NCBI RefSeq assembly: GCF_004010195.1
Contig: NC_057711.1
Span: 53,557,222-53,621,221 of the forward strand
DNA: 64,000 nt
Reading direction: 5' to 3'
Origin: Chiloscyllium plagiosum
Lineage: Eukaryota
Each line of letters begins with the position of its first letter. Position 1 is the stretch's first letter. The notes beneath the pieces are model-generated. The model had not been told where the DNA came from. It did not search any database and saw nothing but the letters and a program-made list of their open reading frames with translations. This document shows, piece by piece, positions 51,136-63,975 of this stretch. The position numbers and the translations under genes are program-made.

Positions 51136-53040
51136 TCTATAGGGTTAAAGGTTTCTAAGATACCTCAGAGCTCTGACTCTCAGATCCAGGAGTGAGGGAG
51201 CAAGCACAGGCCAATCATCTCCAGGCAACAGCGTTAGTGGAAAATCACAGTTGGATCAAAACACCAAATTTGTAAGAATTTGAAACTGTGCTGAAAGATA
51301 TGTCCAGCTTGCCTGGAGGCAGACACACCTAGAAAAAAACCTTAATTGTGACAGTTACTTCTGGGATTAAGGTTACCAGGCTCGGAAAAGAACAGAATAG
51401 AAGTAAATGCTTTGGAGTCCAGGATAATTTTGGGCTGGCTGTCTGAGAAAATCAAACGGCCACTTTGGGACAGTGTACCTATGGAGTAGATATTTGGTTG
51501 TGTTGAAAATAAAATGGGAAAATACTGTTTTGGAGTTTAAAGTATAAATTACATAGAAAAGCAATGTTTAGTCAAAGCACTTTGATCTGATAGAGTCTAA
51601 AGGTCTAAAAACAGGAATTCTTCTTGTGTCATCCTTCTAGTTGATTAACTAAAAGTTTGAATTTTTAAACTTTTGATGGTTTCTATAGAGATTGTGATGC
51701 AATGCACTAGGTCCAGCAGTCTCTCTGTATTCAAACTATATGCCTCTCCAGAATCGTACCACTTCTATAGACAAGGTGATCCTCAAATCGAGGTGGCGTC
51801 CCAATGTATCTACTGCCCAGGTCTTTCAATGTGGTAAATGCTGAATATTTGTTAAAAGTCAATAAAGATGCAACAAATAACTGAGGCTATGAACAGAGTA
51901 AATATTTAAAGATAGTGTAAGGAATATCAAATGAGCAGACTACTTTGTCCTGGAAGGATGCGGAGCTTCAAATGTTATTAGATCTGGACTCCGAGCAAAT
52001 GGTGCACACACCATCACATTATATGTTACTCATCCCCACATTCCCAGACCAATGATACGACCTTGTGCCAAGGCCAATTTTCCTGGCATAGAACCCCACA
52101 TTGATAGACCAGGCCTGGTTATTAACACAACATGATCTCATCACCAGTGTAAACCTAGCAAAGAGTGCATTTTGTCAGTAATTGGAGGCAAACAGGAGAA
52201 AGCTTGCTCCTGGCCTCTGGTTTGACAGTTGCAGAACAGCACTATTCAACACAAAAGGCCAAAATCTTTTATGCATCTTCCAAATACCAAAAAGAGGTTG
52301 AAGCAAAGTTCAAGCACCTAACATTCATTCACTCATTCAACATGCCATTAGGTATCAATAAATGCATAGTATAATTCTAGGAAATGGAAGTTGGGGGGGG
52401 GGGGGGGGAAGAGAAATGGCACATCAGTCGGCCCCCTGTACTTTACAGATAGTGATCCTGCTTCTGCCGTTCAAGAAATATTTGGAAATTTTACAGCAAC
52501 ATATGAAGAGACAAAACAATTGCATCATTGCTACTTTTGACCTGATCTGTATGCTGGTTTCACTAGATGAAGAAAAAAAGCCTCTGACGCTCGTTAAACC
52601 TGAACAAAATTGTGAATTGTGCAGTCACAGTTCAACAATCAAATTGTAAAGCTTTAAAAAAAATCTGAAGATCCATCAGTGTACAAACATTACTAATGTA
52701 AATAGAATATCATATTTTGGTCCTTAACTTCAGTGCCTTACTACAACACAAAATACTAAACATGATTTATTAAGAAATTTAAATGTTGAAGGTTGAGGTA
52801 ATGCAAGCATATTTTACTTCATATGCTGAAACATTTAGCTTCTGTACAGCTCAGTGAAATTGTTACATTATAGACAACTAGATACAATAAGGCATAAACT
52901 GAAGCACCACAGACAAAAATAAACAAGATCAACCAATATAAAACGATTGCTGTTACTGAAAAATAAGAGAAACTGAAGTTCCAAAATATCACTAAGACAA
53001 AATAATGTAAGACAAGTGGTTTGATCTGTTAATTTTACTA

Positions 53041-53226
<186 letters not shown>

Positions 53227-53699
53227 TTAGGAGACTTGGAATAGAAGAAACAGAATTTACTGTATTATAAACAACAAAACAAATCAAGGTAATTATGTGA
53301 CCAGCCTAGTACAACCCCTTCCCCAATAAGAAAAAAAGAGGTAAAAAAGCAAACATCATAGGAAATACTCTAGGAAATCTCCTTTTACCCTAATCAGATG
53401 AGTTGCTAGGACCCCCAATTATTACCATTCACAGGAACCTACAAGTTATATCTTATAACTTTAAATGTTATTAAGAATATATCCTGGCCGCTTTTAAAAA
53501 GGTTGTTAAGGGATTTTTCGGTAATTTGTACCAGAGGCTAAAATCGGAACTCCCTCCGTAATGGCACTGGAGTCTTACCTACAGCACATGGATTTCAGTG
53601 GTTCAAGTAGGCAGCTCACCACCACCTTTTCAAGGGCTAATTGGGATGGGCAATAAATGCATTCCACGAATGAATTTTAAGAAATACTTCTTACCAACC

Positions 53700-54245
53700 T
53701 ATTTTTCTTTATTCTTTTATGGTATATGAGCTTAGCTAGCAACAACATTTGTTTTTTGGCCCTAGTTGCCCTTGACTCTGAGTGGCTTACTGCGCACATT
53801 TTAGGGGCCAGCTATGAGTCAAACACATTGCTGTGGGCCTGGAGTCACACGGAGGCTAGATCTGGCAAGGACAGCAGACATAATTTTCTAAAGGATGTCA
53901 GTGAATCAGATCTGTTTTTACAACACTCAGTAATAGTCTCACGGTCACCATCACTGGCAATGGGTATCAATTCCTGATATATTCATTTTTCAGTTTAAAT
54001 CGATAGCCATTTAGCTATTATAGATTTTTAAAAAATCAACCCCTAGAGACACATGCCTGGGGCAGGGAGTATTTGAACCGGAATCTTCTGGCTCAGAGGT
54101 AGAGAAACTACTACTGCAGCACAAGGTCCTAATTCCAGATTTATTAACCGATGTTAAATACCGCCAGCTGCTATGGTAGAATTTGAACCCATGTTCCACA
54201 GTATTAGCTTGGGCCTTTGGATTATTAATCTCGTGACATTATCAT
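53700..54245 (-). mobile_element. tRNA-derived SINE of a second family (also ~29915-30220, ~63060-63240, and split copy 24017-24083 / 27164-27380)
   Basis: Shared CACATTGCTGTGGGCCTGGAGTCACA...AAGGATGTCAGTGAA body and GAATTTGAACCC B-box complement. Confidence 0.7.
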
Positions 54246-56049
54246 TATGCCTCTTCAACCTCCCTTAAATATCCAATACAGATTTTAAAGGATAAACATT
54301 ATATTAAAGATGACCTTTTCTCCCTACACCTTAAGTGGACGTAGTTTGAAAGTTCATGCACCTCTATACTTCATTGAAATCATATTGAAAAGTCACTCAT
54401 GAGTTGGCACAAAAGCTAGCATCATAATGTTCTACTCAATAATATTATAAAATTTATAAAAATGACCACTTGGCAAGGCAGGAATCTGGCTGCTGGCTCA
54501 GTTAGGACCTATTGAGTATTTAAAATTTTAGATTTCCAGCATCTGCAGTATTTGGCTTTTGTAATTATATTTAATTCAGTCCCAGTTCTCTTCCAGGAAT
54601 TTGCTGAAATTTGTATTTGTCTTTTTTGCCTTCTACAGTATACTATTATTGCTTCTTTTAGCAATCTTTATTTCTGATATACACTCCATGAATTCCAACT
54701 GAAATTTCTTCTGCTGTGTTTCAGATTCAATAATGATTATAGATATCCATAGTTTTTTGTTGAGTCACTGCTCTCACTGTATTCCAAATGTCATACACTG
54801 CCACATTCACCCTCTCACTTCAACTATCAAAAAACTGTCCTGATCCACAGTTTCATTTCATTCGTCATCTTATAATGCTTTTGAGAAAAAAAGCTTTCCT
54901 TTAGGTGTCAGGGATTGTAGGCTTCAATAACTCTAAGTTACTAATGCCCCCACACAGATCTCTTTCCTTTTCTCTTTCCTCATATCGCTTACCTTCTTCC
55001 AATGTCAGCCTTCAGCAAAGGCCTTAGCTTCATTTCCTACTTCGATTAATTGCAGAATTAGGCATAAGACAGTTTTTCTTTTGTGCATTTGCCTTCACGT
55101 TCACTTTTTTGGCTAACAGCATTCCTACACACAGTCGGTCTTTTCTTTCATCTTTAAAAAGTTCCATTCTATCCGGATGCCTCCTTCAGGTCACATAGCC
55201 TCTCACTGAATCCCTAGAATCACAGAGTGCAGATAGAGGCAATTCAGCCCATACAGACTGCACCAACCCTCTGAAGAGCATTCCACACTATCCAGGTCTT
55301 TTTTATTGATAACCATTAAGTGTGACATCAAGTGTCTCATTTTTGGTGCTCTGATCACACATTTCAACTTCTCTAATTTTATGAAATAGGAACAGGAGTA
55401 GGCTGCTGGACCCTTCCAGCCCGTTCCACCATTCAATAGGATCATGGCTGGTCTGACATTCGTCACAACCACTTTCCTGTCTTTTAATTTGCCGCTCTCT
55501 TCTGTCAGATCTAGCTTTAACGTCTTTAAATCTGAGAAGCTCTTTTGGTGGTGAATTAAACTCTACCCCTCATCTTCCGCCTCGGAACACTTCAACTCCA
55601 GGGCATCAATGTGGACTTCAACATTTTCTTTGCTCCTCGGATGCTGCCTGAACTGCTGTGCTCTTCCAGCATCACTAATCCAGAATCTGGTTTCCAGCAT
55701 CTGCAATCATTGTTTTTACCTAATCTCTACCCTAGTCAAGCATCAACTGTCCAATACCACTTTCCAGCTCTCCCAAACAATGGCCACATCACCGAAAGTC
55801 AAGCCTTCAACTGCCAAGTTGTTACTAATCTCAGTTAAAATCTCTGAAGTCCTGCCAGGAAATGCCTCCAACTTGTTTCCAATACTTTAATGCCAATATC
55901 AGTACCATTTCCAGCTCTCAATACAAACTGGGAAATTTTGCAAACTGCACCTCCCTTTTTGTTTCCCTTCCATTATCGCCATTTCTGGGATAAGCTACTG
56001 ACCAATAATTATTTTACACTTATTGATTCCCTGAGTTTCTAGACTATGC

Positions 56050-56990
56050 TTTTCCCCCCCATCTGCTTACTTCAGAAGATCCTTCCAGTTATTCAATTTT
56101 ATCTGTTCCAATGATGCTACCTACGTAATCAGTGCTTCTGATACATCATACTTTTTCAACTAAGGATTCCATTTTTTCAGTTGACAGGATCCCAGACCAT
56201 GTTCATGACATTTCCTGCACTTCCAAGCTCACCCTTTTAGCTCTCTCCCAGAATTGCTCACCTCATCTTCATCTTCCACCCCAAGGGCTCCAAGTTCAAC
56301 GGATCATCCATCATTTCCACAATCTTGATGCCACCAAACACATCAACCTCCCCTCCCCTTTCAGCATTCAGATGGACCATTTCCCTGCAGCACTTTGACC
56401 TGTCACCACAACATCCCCAAGCCATCCCATCATACCTTGTGATACCTTTTTAACCTTCTTTCCTAGTGTCCAGGGACCGAAACACTCCTCCTAGAATGAA
56501 GCAGCAATTTACTTGTCCTCCTTTTAAGACAACAATGCAATTCTCTCTACATGAAGGAGACCAAACATAGATGGGCAACTGCTTTGTGGAGCAGTTTAAA
56601 ATGGCAAGATTGAACTTCCAGTGAGCCATCATTCTAATTCTTACCAGACTCCCATCTGGCCTCTGTCCTCAGCCAGCTACATCTCCGCTAAATCACAGCA
56701 TAAGCTTAAGGATTAGTACCTCATCTTTAAATTATGTACTTATTGAGTTTTTGGACTCATTGACTTCCGCTTATTTCAGATAGCCATTAACCTTATATTT
56801 CAGTCAGCAATTGTTGGCAATGATGCATCCCTTTAGGTATTTGCGCTTTCCATGCTTCCTTTTTCTTTCCTTCCTCTGTTTTAATAACTTCCTTAAAAGC
56901 CGTTTTAGCTCTTAGCTGTTTCCAGTTCTGACAAAAAAAAGTTAACATTTTTTCTTTCTTCGCCGATACAGTCTGAGAGTTCCACATTCA
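56050..56990 (+). mobile_element. Decayed Penelope-like element 3' part (GIY-YIG endonuclease relic) in RIOK2 intron 1
   Basis: Frameshifted motif string near 56500-56730 resembling FTC...LYIGETKRRLGDRFxEH...PVAxHFN...EQHLIF of Penelope-like GIY-YIG domains; read by eye. Confidence 0.6.
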
Positions 56991-57380
56991 CTGAGACATG
57001 AAGTACTAAAAAATGATTAACATGACGAAAATATTCGTCGGAAAAAGTCAGCGTTATATTTTAACGATTGTCTGTAACATAAAACGTATCAAGAATATGT
57101 TCGCTTCCTCCCCTCCTAGAAAAGTGGCAGACATAGAATCAACAGATAGGGCAAGTGATTCATTATTCAGCAATTTTTAATAAACTCCATTTATAACAAA
57201 AGGCGAAATTATGCTGATAGGGTAGTATATCCCAGCGTCTTTACAAAACAGAAGGATTTGACACAGGGATACCTCCTCGTGATAAGTCACGCAGCCCCTT
57301 CTGTAATCATATGCGAACTTCAATCAAGTACAAGCGGGACTCTGGAGTGAAATAACAACAGGCCCGGACCGGCAACTTAC

Positions 57381-57446
57381 CCCAACCAGCACTCTGAAAT
57401 CATCTCTCTGCAGGTACCTCAGCAACACTACATTCAGCTTTCCCAT
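57381..57446 (-). CDS. RIOK2: RIOK2 (RIO kinase 2) coding exon 1
   Basis: Manual translation MGKLNVVLLRYLQRDDFRVLVG (66 nt) followed by donor GTAAGT; closely resembles the vertebrate RIOK2 N-terminus ([22 protein letters not shown]). Confidence 0.96.
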
Positions 57447-57605
57447 CGCTGCGACCGGGATGAGAAAACTGGAATTTCAATCCGTTTATGCTAGAGTATG
57501 GAGAGACAGAAAACCCAAGGCCTTCCGGAACTACCAGAAGTACCGGGCCGACTCGACTGCACATGCGCACTCACTACCAGGTCCTCGAAGATACTTAATA
57601 AAATT

Positions 57606-57790
57606 CAAAGTTAAAAATCACACAACACCGGGTTATAGTCCAACAGGTTTAATTGGAAGCACACTAGCTTTCGGAGCGACGCTCCTTCATCAGGTGATTG
57701 TGCTTCCAATTAAACCTGTTGGACTATAACCCGGTGTTGTGTGATTTTTAACTTTGTACACCCCAGTCCAACACCGGCATCTCCAAATCA
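57606..57790. mobile_element. Penelope-like mini-insertion: perfect 58-bp inverted repeat with hammerhead core in the loop
   Basis: Arms 57606-57663 and 57699-57756 are exact reverse complements. Near-TSD TAATAAAATTC (57596-57606) / TAATAACATTC (57791-57801). Confidence 0.8.
57660..57702 (-). ncRNA. Minimal type I hammerhead ribozyme motif
   Basis: Minus strand reads cac-CTGATGA-a-GGAGC-gtc-GCTCC-GAAA-gc-TA-gtg: intact core, 5-bp stem II, palindromic AGCT in place of stem III, CUA cleavage triplet. Confidence 0.72.
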
Positions 57791-58109
57791 TAATAACATT
57801 CACAATTCGGTCGAAACAACAAGCACGATCTCTAAAGACTTGTACAGCATATGATTTTAATGTTATGATTTGAAACAATGACATTATGATTTAAGTACGG
57901 GTCCAATAGGCATGTTTCGCTGTGTTAGGTTTGTGTTTTATGTGCTGCCAGGGCCTGGGGACGGTTGGTGTGTTTGAAGGCAGTTGGGCTCGCGCACTCG
58001 GATCGCTGATCTTCGGAGTTTATCCCGGTCACAGGTTACACTCATGTCCTCCTTCAGAAACAATAGGGGCCAAGGTCTGCAGCCGAAGATCCCGGTGCGT
58101 ACTTATCCG

Positions 58110-58555
58110 TTATTAGTACACAATCCCTTGGACTGAAGATGACTTTCCTCCACTCCGCTGTTGTAAAGTTGTTGGATCCGCAAAACCCTGCCACAGGTGG
58201 GGCAGGCGGTGTTTGCTGGGACACTTGGGCTTTTGCATTCTACATTCCACTTGGTCTTCATCGATAGCTTTCGCAGACAGTTGGCCTTTTCATGGGGATG
58301 CTTTTCCAATTTGGGCTTACAATTCCCGATAGTCAGTGGATGGGGAAATTGCATTTCTTTTAAGGAAGGCTTTGAAGATGCTTTCGAAACGTTTCTTCTG
58401 CCCTCCTGCTAATGCCTTGTAGAGGAAGTGGTTCAAGGCAGCTCCGAAAAATTTGCAGTATCGCCACGGCCTGAAACCCAAGACTTTCCAATTTGGAGTA
58501 GAAGCACCTGCGATTTGCCAGTACAATGTTATTAACGTAATTATAGTGGGCACTG
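58110..58555 (-). mobile_element. RTE (BovB-like) LINE 3' fragment
   Basis: GGQKKRFESIFKAFLKR (ORF 58317..58562) and CPTCGR (ORF 58103..58354) are typical of RTE C-termini. Confidence 0.7.
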
Positions 58556-58814
58556 AAAACAATAAGTCAGGCAGAAAAAAAATAGTAATTGCTGGAGAAA
58601 CTCACCAGGTTTGGTAGTATCTGTGGAGAGAAAGCAGAGTCAACATTTCGAGCAGAATAGGCAAACGCAGGTGTATTGAGTTCGGTCACAGATCAATCAA
58701 GAAATCAGTGGTGAGTTTCTTGTGGTGCAGTGGTATTGTTCCCTATAGGTGAGCTAAAAGGCCCTGGTCAAATCCCACTTGCTCTAAAGCTGTGTATCTC
58801 TGAAGAGGTTGGTT

Positions 58815-59970
58815 AGACCATAAGAATTAGGAACAGGAGTAGGCCATTCAATCCCTCATATTTGCTCCACATTCATTTGAATCATGGCTGATCTAACATT
58901 CCTCAATCCACATTTTTCCATTGCCCTTGGTTCCTTACTAATCAAGAATCAATCTGACTTGGCCTTAAATGTACACAAGGACTCTGACCCCACAGCTCTA
59001 TGTGTAACAAGATGTTTCAAAGACTCCCAACCTTCCGAAGAAAGAGATTCCTCCTTACCTCAGTTTTAAATTGGTGCTCCTTTATTCTGAGATTCTGTCC
59101 TCTGGTCCTAGATTCTCCCATGAGGGGAAACATCCTCTCAACATTTACCTTGTCAAGCCCTTTAAGAATCCTGTATGTTTCAAAGAGATCACCTTTCATT
59201 GCTCTAAACTACAGTGAATAGAGTCCCAACGACAATCCCTCCATACCAGGGATCATTCTAGTGAGCCTTCTCCAATGAAATATGTTTTCTTAAATAAAGG
59301 GGCCAAAATTATTCACAGTACTCTGGATATGGTCTCACCAACACTTTGTATAGTTGCAGTCAGACTTGCCTACACTAATGTTCCAATCCTCTCAAATTCA
59401 GTGCCAAATTTCATTAACCTTCCTGTGTGCTAGCTTTCTGCGTTTCATGCATAAGTACTCCCAAGTCTGGCCATTTATATAATACTGTTCTCTTGTTCTG
59501 CCTTCTCATGGTTTCTCATGTTACACTCTATTTGGCAACCTTTTGACCATTTACTTAACCTATCAATATATTTCTGCAAACTGCTTGTATTCTCTTTGCA
59601 ATTTGCCTTTCCACCAGTTTTGTTTCATCTACAAATTTGGCTACAATACCTTAGTTTCCTTCCTCCAAGTAATTATTATACATTGTAAACGATTGCGGTC
59701 CCACTGCTCACAGATTGTAAGCCTCACTGCTTACAGATTGCCAGTTGTAAAAGAAGCCCTTATCCCCATTTGCTGTTTCTAGCTATTAGCCAATGCTCTA
59801 TCCACACCAATATACAACCTCCAACACTATGGGCTATTATCTTATAACTTAACCTACTGTGAGGTACCTTGTTGAACACCTTCGGGAAGTCAAAAATACA
59901 ACACACCTACTGGTTTTCCACCATCCATTCTGGTTGGGTCTTCCTTGAAAAACTCTTTAAAACGTTAGTC
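58815..59970 (-). mobile_element. Older CR1-type LINE 3' portion
   Basis: ORF 59017..59199 (GDLFETYRILKGLDKV...TRGQNLRI) and decayed RT sequence to ~59970. Confidence 0.8.
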
Positions 59971-60229
59971 AGATGTTAATGATGAGGCTTTTACCTGTGT
60001 TATCTCTGTAGATGCTGCCTGACCTGCTTAGTGTTGTCAATATCTTCTATTTTATGATATATGACTTTGAAACTGTGGTATATTTTCTGCTGCTCTGACA
60101 CTCATTGTTTGGAGTTGCACATGGGGTCCATGTGGAATCCTTATCACAGCACACTCAGAAGGATTTGACTGAATTGAATTTTCCTCCTGGAAATTTCACT
60201 ATGCCTGGAACAATCCAAAAGTCTCCCTA

Positions 60230-60430
60230 AAACTTGGAGACTTTGGATGAAATTCAGTGAAACAGCCCCAACTGAGCCTACACTTTACACTCACCTGGAC
60301 CTTGATCTGATATCCCTGACCTACTGTCGGGATCTGACAGCACTGGCCTGGACTGAACCTGATCTGGGGGCACAACACATAGGCATAGTTGGGTCTGTTT
60401 TACTGAATTTCATCCAAAGTTTCCAACTTT
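60230..60430. repeat. 200-bp element with 51-bp imperfect terminal inverted repeats (MITE-like)
   Basis: 60230-60280 vs reverse complement of 60380-60430 match at 45/51 positions by manual alignment. Confidence 0.75.
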
Positions 60431-60439
60431 CATGCTGTC

Positions 60440-63050
60440 CGAGGATCTTTGGTGAATTTCTGCCGTGCATCTTGTAGGTAGTACACACTGCTGCTACTGA
60501 GTGTCGGTGGTGGAGGGAGTGGATGCTTGTGGATGCAATGCCAATTAAGTGAACTATTTTGTCCTGGATGGTGTCAAGCTTCTTGAATATTGTTGGGGCT
60601 GCACTCATCCAGGCAGTTGGGGGATATTTCATCACACTCCTGACTTGTGCCTTGTAGATAGTGGACAAGCTTTGGAGAGTCAGGAAGTGAGTTGCTCGCT
60701 GCAGTATTCCTAGCCTCTGATGTCCTGTTGTGGCCACTGTTTATGTGGTGAGTCCAATTGAGTTTTTGATCAATGATAACTCCCAGGATGTTGATAGTTG
60801 AGGGGATTCAGTGATGGTAACACCATTTAATGTCAAGGGATGGTGGTTAGATTGTCTCGTATTGGTAATGGTCATAGCCTGGCATTTGTGTGGCGCAAAT
60901 GATAGTTGCCACTTGTCAGCCCAAACCTGGACATAGTCCAGATCTTGGTGCATTTGAACACGGAATTCTTCAGTGTCTAAGGAGTCACGAATGGTGCTGA
61001 ACATTGTGCCATCATTGGTAACATCCCCACTTCTGACCTTATGATAAAGAGAAGGTCATTAATGAAACAGCTGATGATGGTTGGGCCTCGGACACTATTC
61101 TAAGGAACCTCTGAAGAGATGTCCTGGAGCAGAAATGACTGACCTCCAGCAACTACAACCATCTTCCTATGTGTCAGGTATGACTCTAACCATTGAAGGG
61201 TTTGCCCTCTGATCCCCATTGATTGCTGGTTTTGCGAGGGCTCCTTGATGCCACACTCAGTCGAATGTAGCTTTGATGCCAAGGGCTGTCACTCTCACCT
61301 CACCTCTGGAATTTGGCTCTTTTATCCATAGCTGAACCAAGGCTGTAATGAGATCAAGAGCTGAGTGGCCCTGGCAGAACCCAAACTGGGCATCACTGAG
61401 CAGGTCATTGCTTAGCACGTGTTGCTTGATAGCACTGTTGATTACCCCTTCCATCACTTTACTGATGATTGAGAGTAGACTGATTTGGCGGTAATTGGTC
61501 GGGTTGGATTTGTCCTGCTTTTTATGTAGTGGATATACTTGGGCAATTTTCCAAATTTTTGGGTAGATGCCAGTATTGTGACTGTACTGGAAGAGCTTGG
61601 CGAGGGAGTGGCAAGTTCTTGAGCACAAATCTTCAGTACTATTCCCAGGATGTTGTCAGGGCCTGTAACCTTCGTAGTATCCAGTGCCTCCAACTATTTC
61701 TTGATATCACGTGGAGTGAATCGAATTGGCTGAAGACTGGTTTCTGTGATGATGGGGACCACTAGAGGAGCCGAGGTGGATCATCCACTTGGCAGTTATG
61801 GCTGAAGTTTGCTGAGAAAGCTTCAGCCTTATGTTTTGTGCTGGGCTTTTCCATCATTGAGGATGAGGATATTTGGGGAGCTGCCTCCTCCATTCACGAC
61901 TGGATGTGGCAGGACTGCAGAGCTTAGTTCTGACCCATTGGGTTGTGGGATTGCTTAGCTCTGTCTATCACTTGCTGCTTATACTGTTTGGTATGCAAGT
62001 AGTCCTGTTTGGTGGCTTCACCAGGTTGACACCTCATTTTCAGATATGCACGGTGCTGCTCCTGACATACCCTTCTACACTCTCCATTGAACCAGGGTTG
62101 CTGTCCTGGCTTGATCGTAATGGTTGAGTGGGGGACATGCCGGGTCATGAGGTTACAGATTGTGCTGGAGTCCAGTTCTGCTGCTGCTGATGGCCCACAA
62201 AGCCTCATTGATGTTCAGTTGTGAGTTGCTAGATCTGTTTGAAGCCTGTCCCAATAAGCACGGTGATAGTGCCACATAATATGATGGTTATTATCAATGT
62301 GAAGGCAGCACTTCGTCTCCACAGGGACTGTGCAGTAGTCATCTTACCAATGCTTTCATGGACAGATGCATCTGCAGCTGTCAGATTAGTAAGGATGAGG
62401 TTAAGTGTGTTTTGCCCTCTTGTTAGTTCCCTCACTACCTGCTGCAGACCCAGGCTAGCAGCTATGTCCTTTAGGACCTGACCATCCTGATCAGTAGTAC
62501 TGCTTCCGAGCCACTCTTGGTGGCGAATGTTGAAATCCCTCACCCAGAGTACATTTTATGTCCTTGCCACGGTCAGTACTTCCTCTAAGTGTTGTTCAAC
62601 ATGGAGGAGCACTGACTTATCATCTGAGGGAAGACAGTATGTGGTAATCAGCAGGAGATTTTCTTTCCCTTGTTTAACCTGAAGCCATGAGACTTCATGG
62701 GGTTTGTAGTCAATGTTGAGAACTCCCAGAGCAACACCCTCCTGACTATATATCACTGTGCCACCATCTCTGCTGGGTCTGTCCTGCCAGTAAGACAAGA
62801 CATATCCAGGGATGGTGATGGTGGTGTCTGAGACATTGTAAGTTATGATTCTGTGAGTATAACTACGTCAGGCTATTGCATGACTAGTCTGTGAGTTAGC
62901 TCTCTCAGTTTTGGCACTACCCTCCCAGGTGTTATTGAGGAGGACTTTGCAGGGTTGACAGGTTTGTTTCTGCCATTGTCTATTCTGGTGCCTAGGTCAA
63001 TGTCAAGTGATCTGTCCAGTTTCATTTCTTTGAGACTTTGTAGCAGTTGA
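60440..63050 (-). mobile_element. Near-complete decayed ORF2 of a second LINE family (CR1/L2, jockey superclade): AP endonuclease plus RT
   Basis: Collinear ORF pieces 62556..62798 (QDRPSRDGGTVIY), 62229..62543 (DFNIRHQEWL, LNLILTN), 61454..61693 (GPDNI), 61257..61628 (NYRQISLLSIISKVME, QFGF), 60741..61004 and 60321..60737. Confidence 0.9.
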
Positions 63051-63399
63051 TACAACAGAATGGCTTGCTAGCCCATTTCAGAGGACAATAAGAGTCAACC
63101 ACATTGCTGTGAGTGTGAAGTCACATTTAGGCCAGACCACAGGAGGATGGCAGATTGCCTTCCCTGAAGGACATTAGTGAATTAGATTTTCTGACAATCG
63201 ACAATTATTTCATGGTCATCAGTAGATTTATAATTCCAGATGTTATTTTATCAATCATGGTGGACAATCAACAACTCCATGGAGGAGGAGACTACAGCAC
63301 GTGGATTGCAGCTCACCATCATCTTCTCAAATGCAATCAGGAACAGGCAATTCAGTAAAATACTGGCCAGCTTGAGATGCACACGACCCATGAGTAAAT

Positions 63400-63975
63400 A
63401 AAAAAAAGCCATCCTTTATGCAAAAGATAAAGCCAAAGTATTCACCACAAACTTCAGCCAAAAATGCCAATTGGGTGATGCTCAGCATCACAGATACTAG
63501 TCTTTAGCCAACTTGATTCATACCATGGGACATCATGAAAAAGTTAGAGGCATTGGAAATTGCATAGGCTATGGGCCCTGACAATATTCATTAATAGTAC
63601 TGAAGGCTTATGTTCCAGAACTGCACCCTAGCCAAGCTGTTCCAGTATGGCTACAACACTGTCATATATCAAACAATGTAGTAAATTGCCCAGGTGTGTT
63701 CTGTACTCACAAAGTAGGACAGTCAAAACCAAATCTAATTACCACCCTATCAGTCTACTACTCTAGATCTTCAGTAAAATGATGGAAGGTGTCATCAACA
63801 GTGATATCAAGCTGCAGCTGCTCAGTAATAACTTGCTCACTGATGTTCAGCTTGGGTTCCACCAGGGCACAGTCAGCTCCTGACCTCATTACAACTTTGG
63901 TTCAAACATGGATGAAAAATTCCAGAGGTGAGGTGAGAATGACAGCCCTTGACATCAGGGTTGCATTTGACATCA
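63400..63975 (+). mobile_element. Fragment of the same LINE family, opposite orientation
   Basis: Reverse-complement similarity to 61260-61830 (GGCCCTGACAA, CAGTAAAATGATGGAAGGTGTCATCAACAG, ACAGCCCTTGACATC). Confidence 0.82.

Larger units (their letters stand above)
57230..58130. promoter_or_regulatory. CpG-enriched RIOK2 promoter / exon 1 region
   Basis: Visible CpG enrichment against a CpG-depleted background; ETS-like TTCCGGAA near 57522 and NRF1-like TGCACATGCGCA near 57558, typical of housekeeping promoters. TSS not determinable. Confidence 0.7.

Noticed and set aside
57460-57884. Two opposite-strand ORFs sharing KVKNHTTPGYSPTGLIGST
   Set aside because: The shared peptide is just the 58-bp inverted repeat read from each side.
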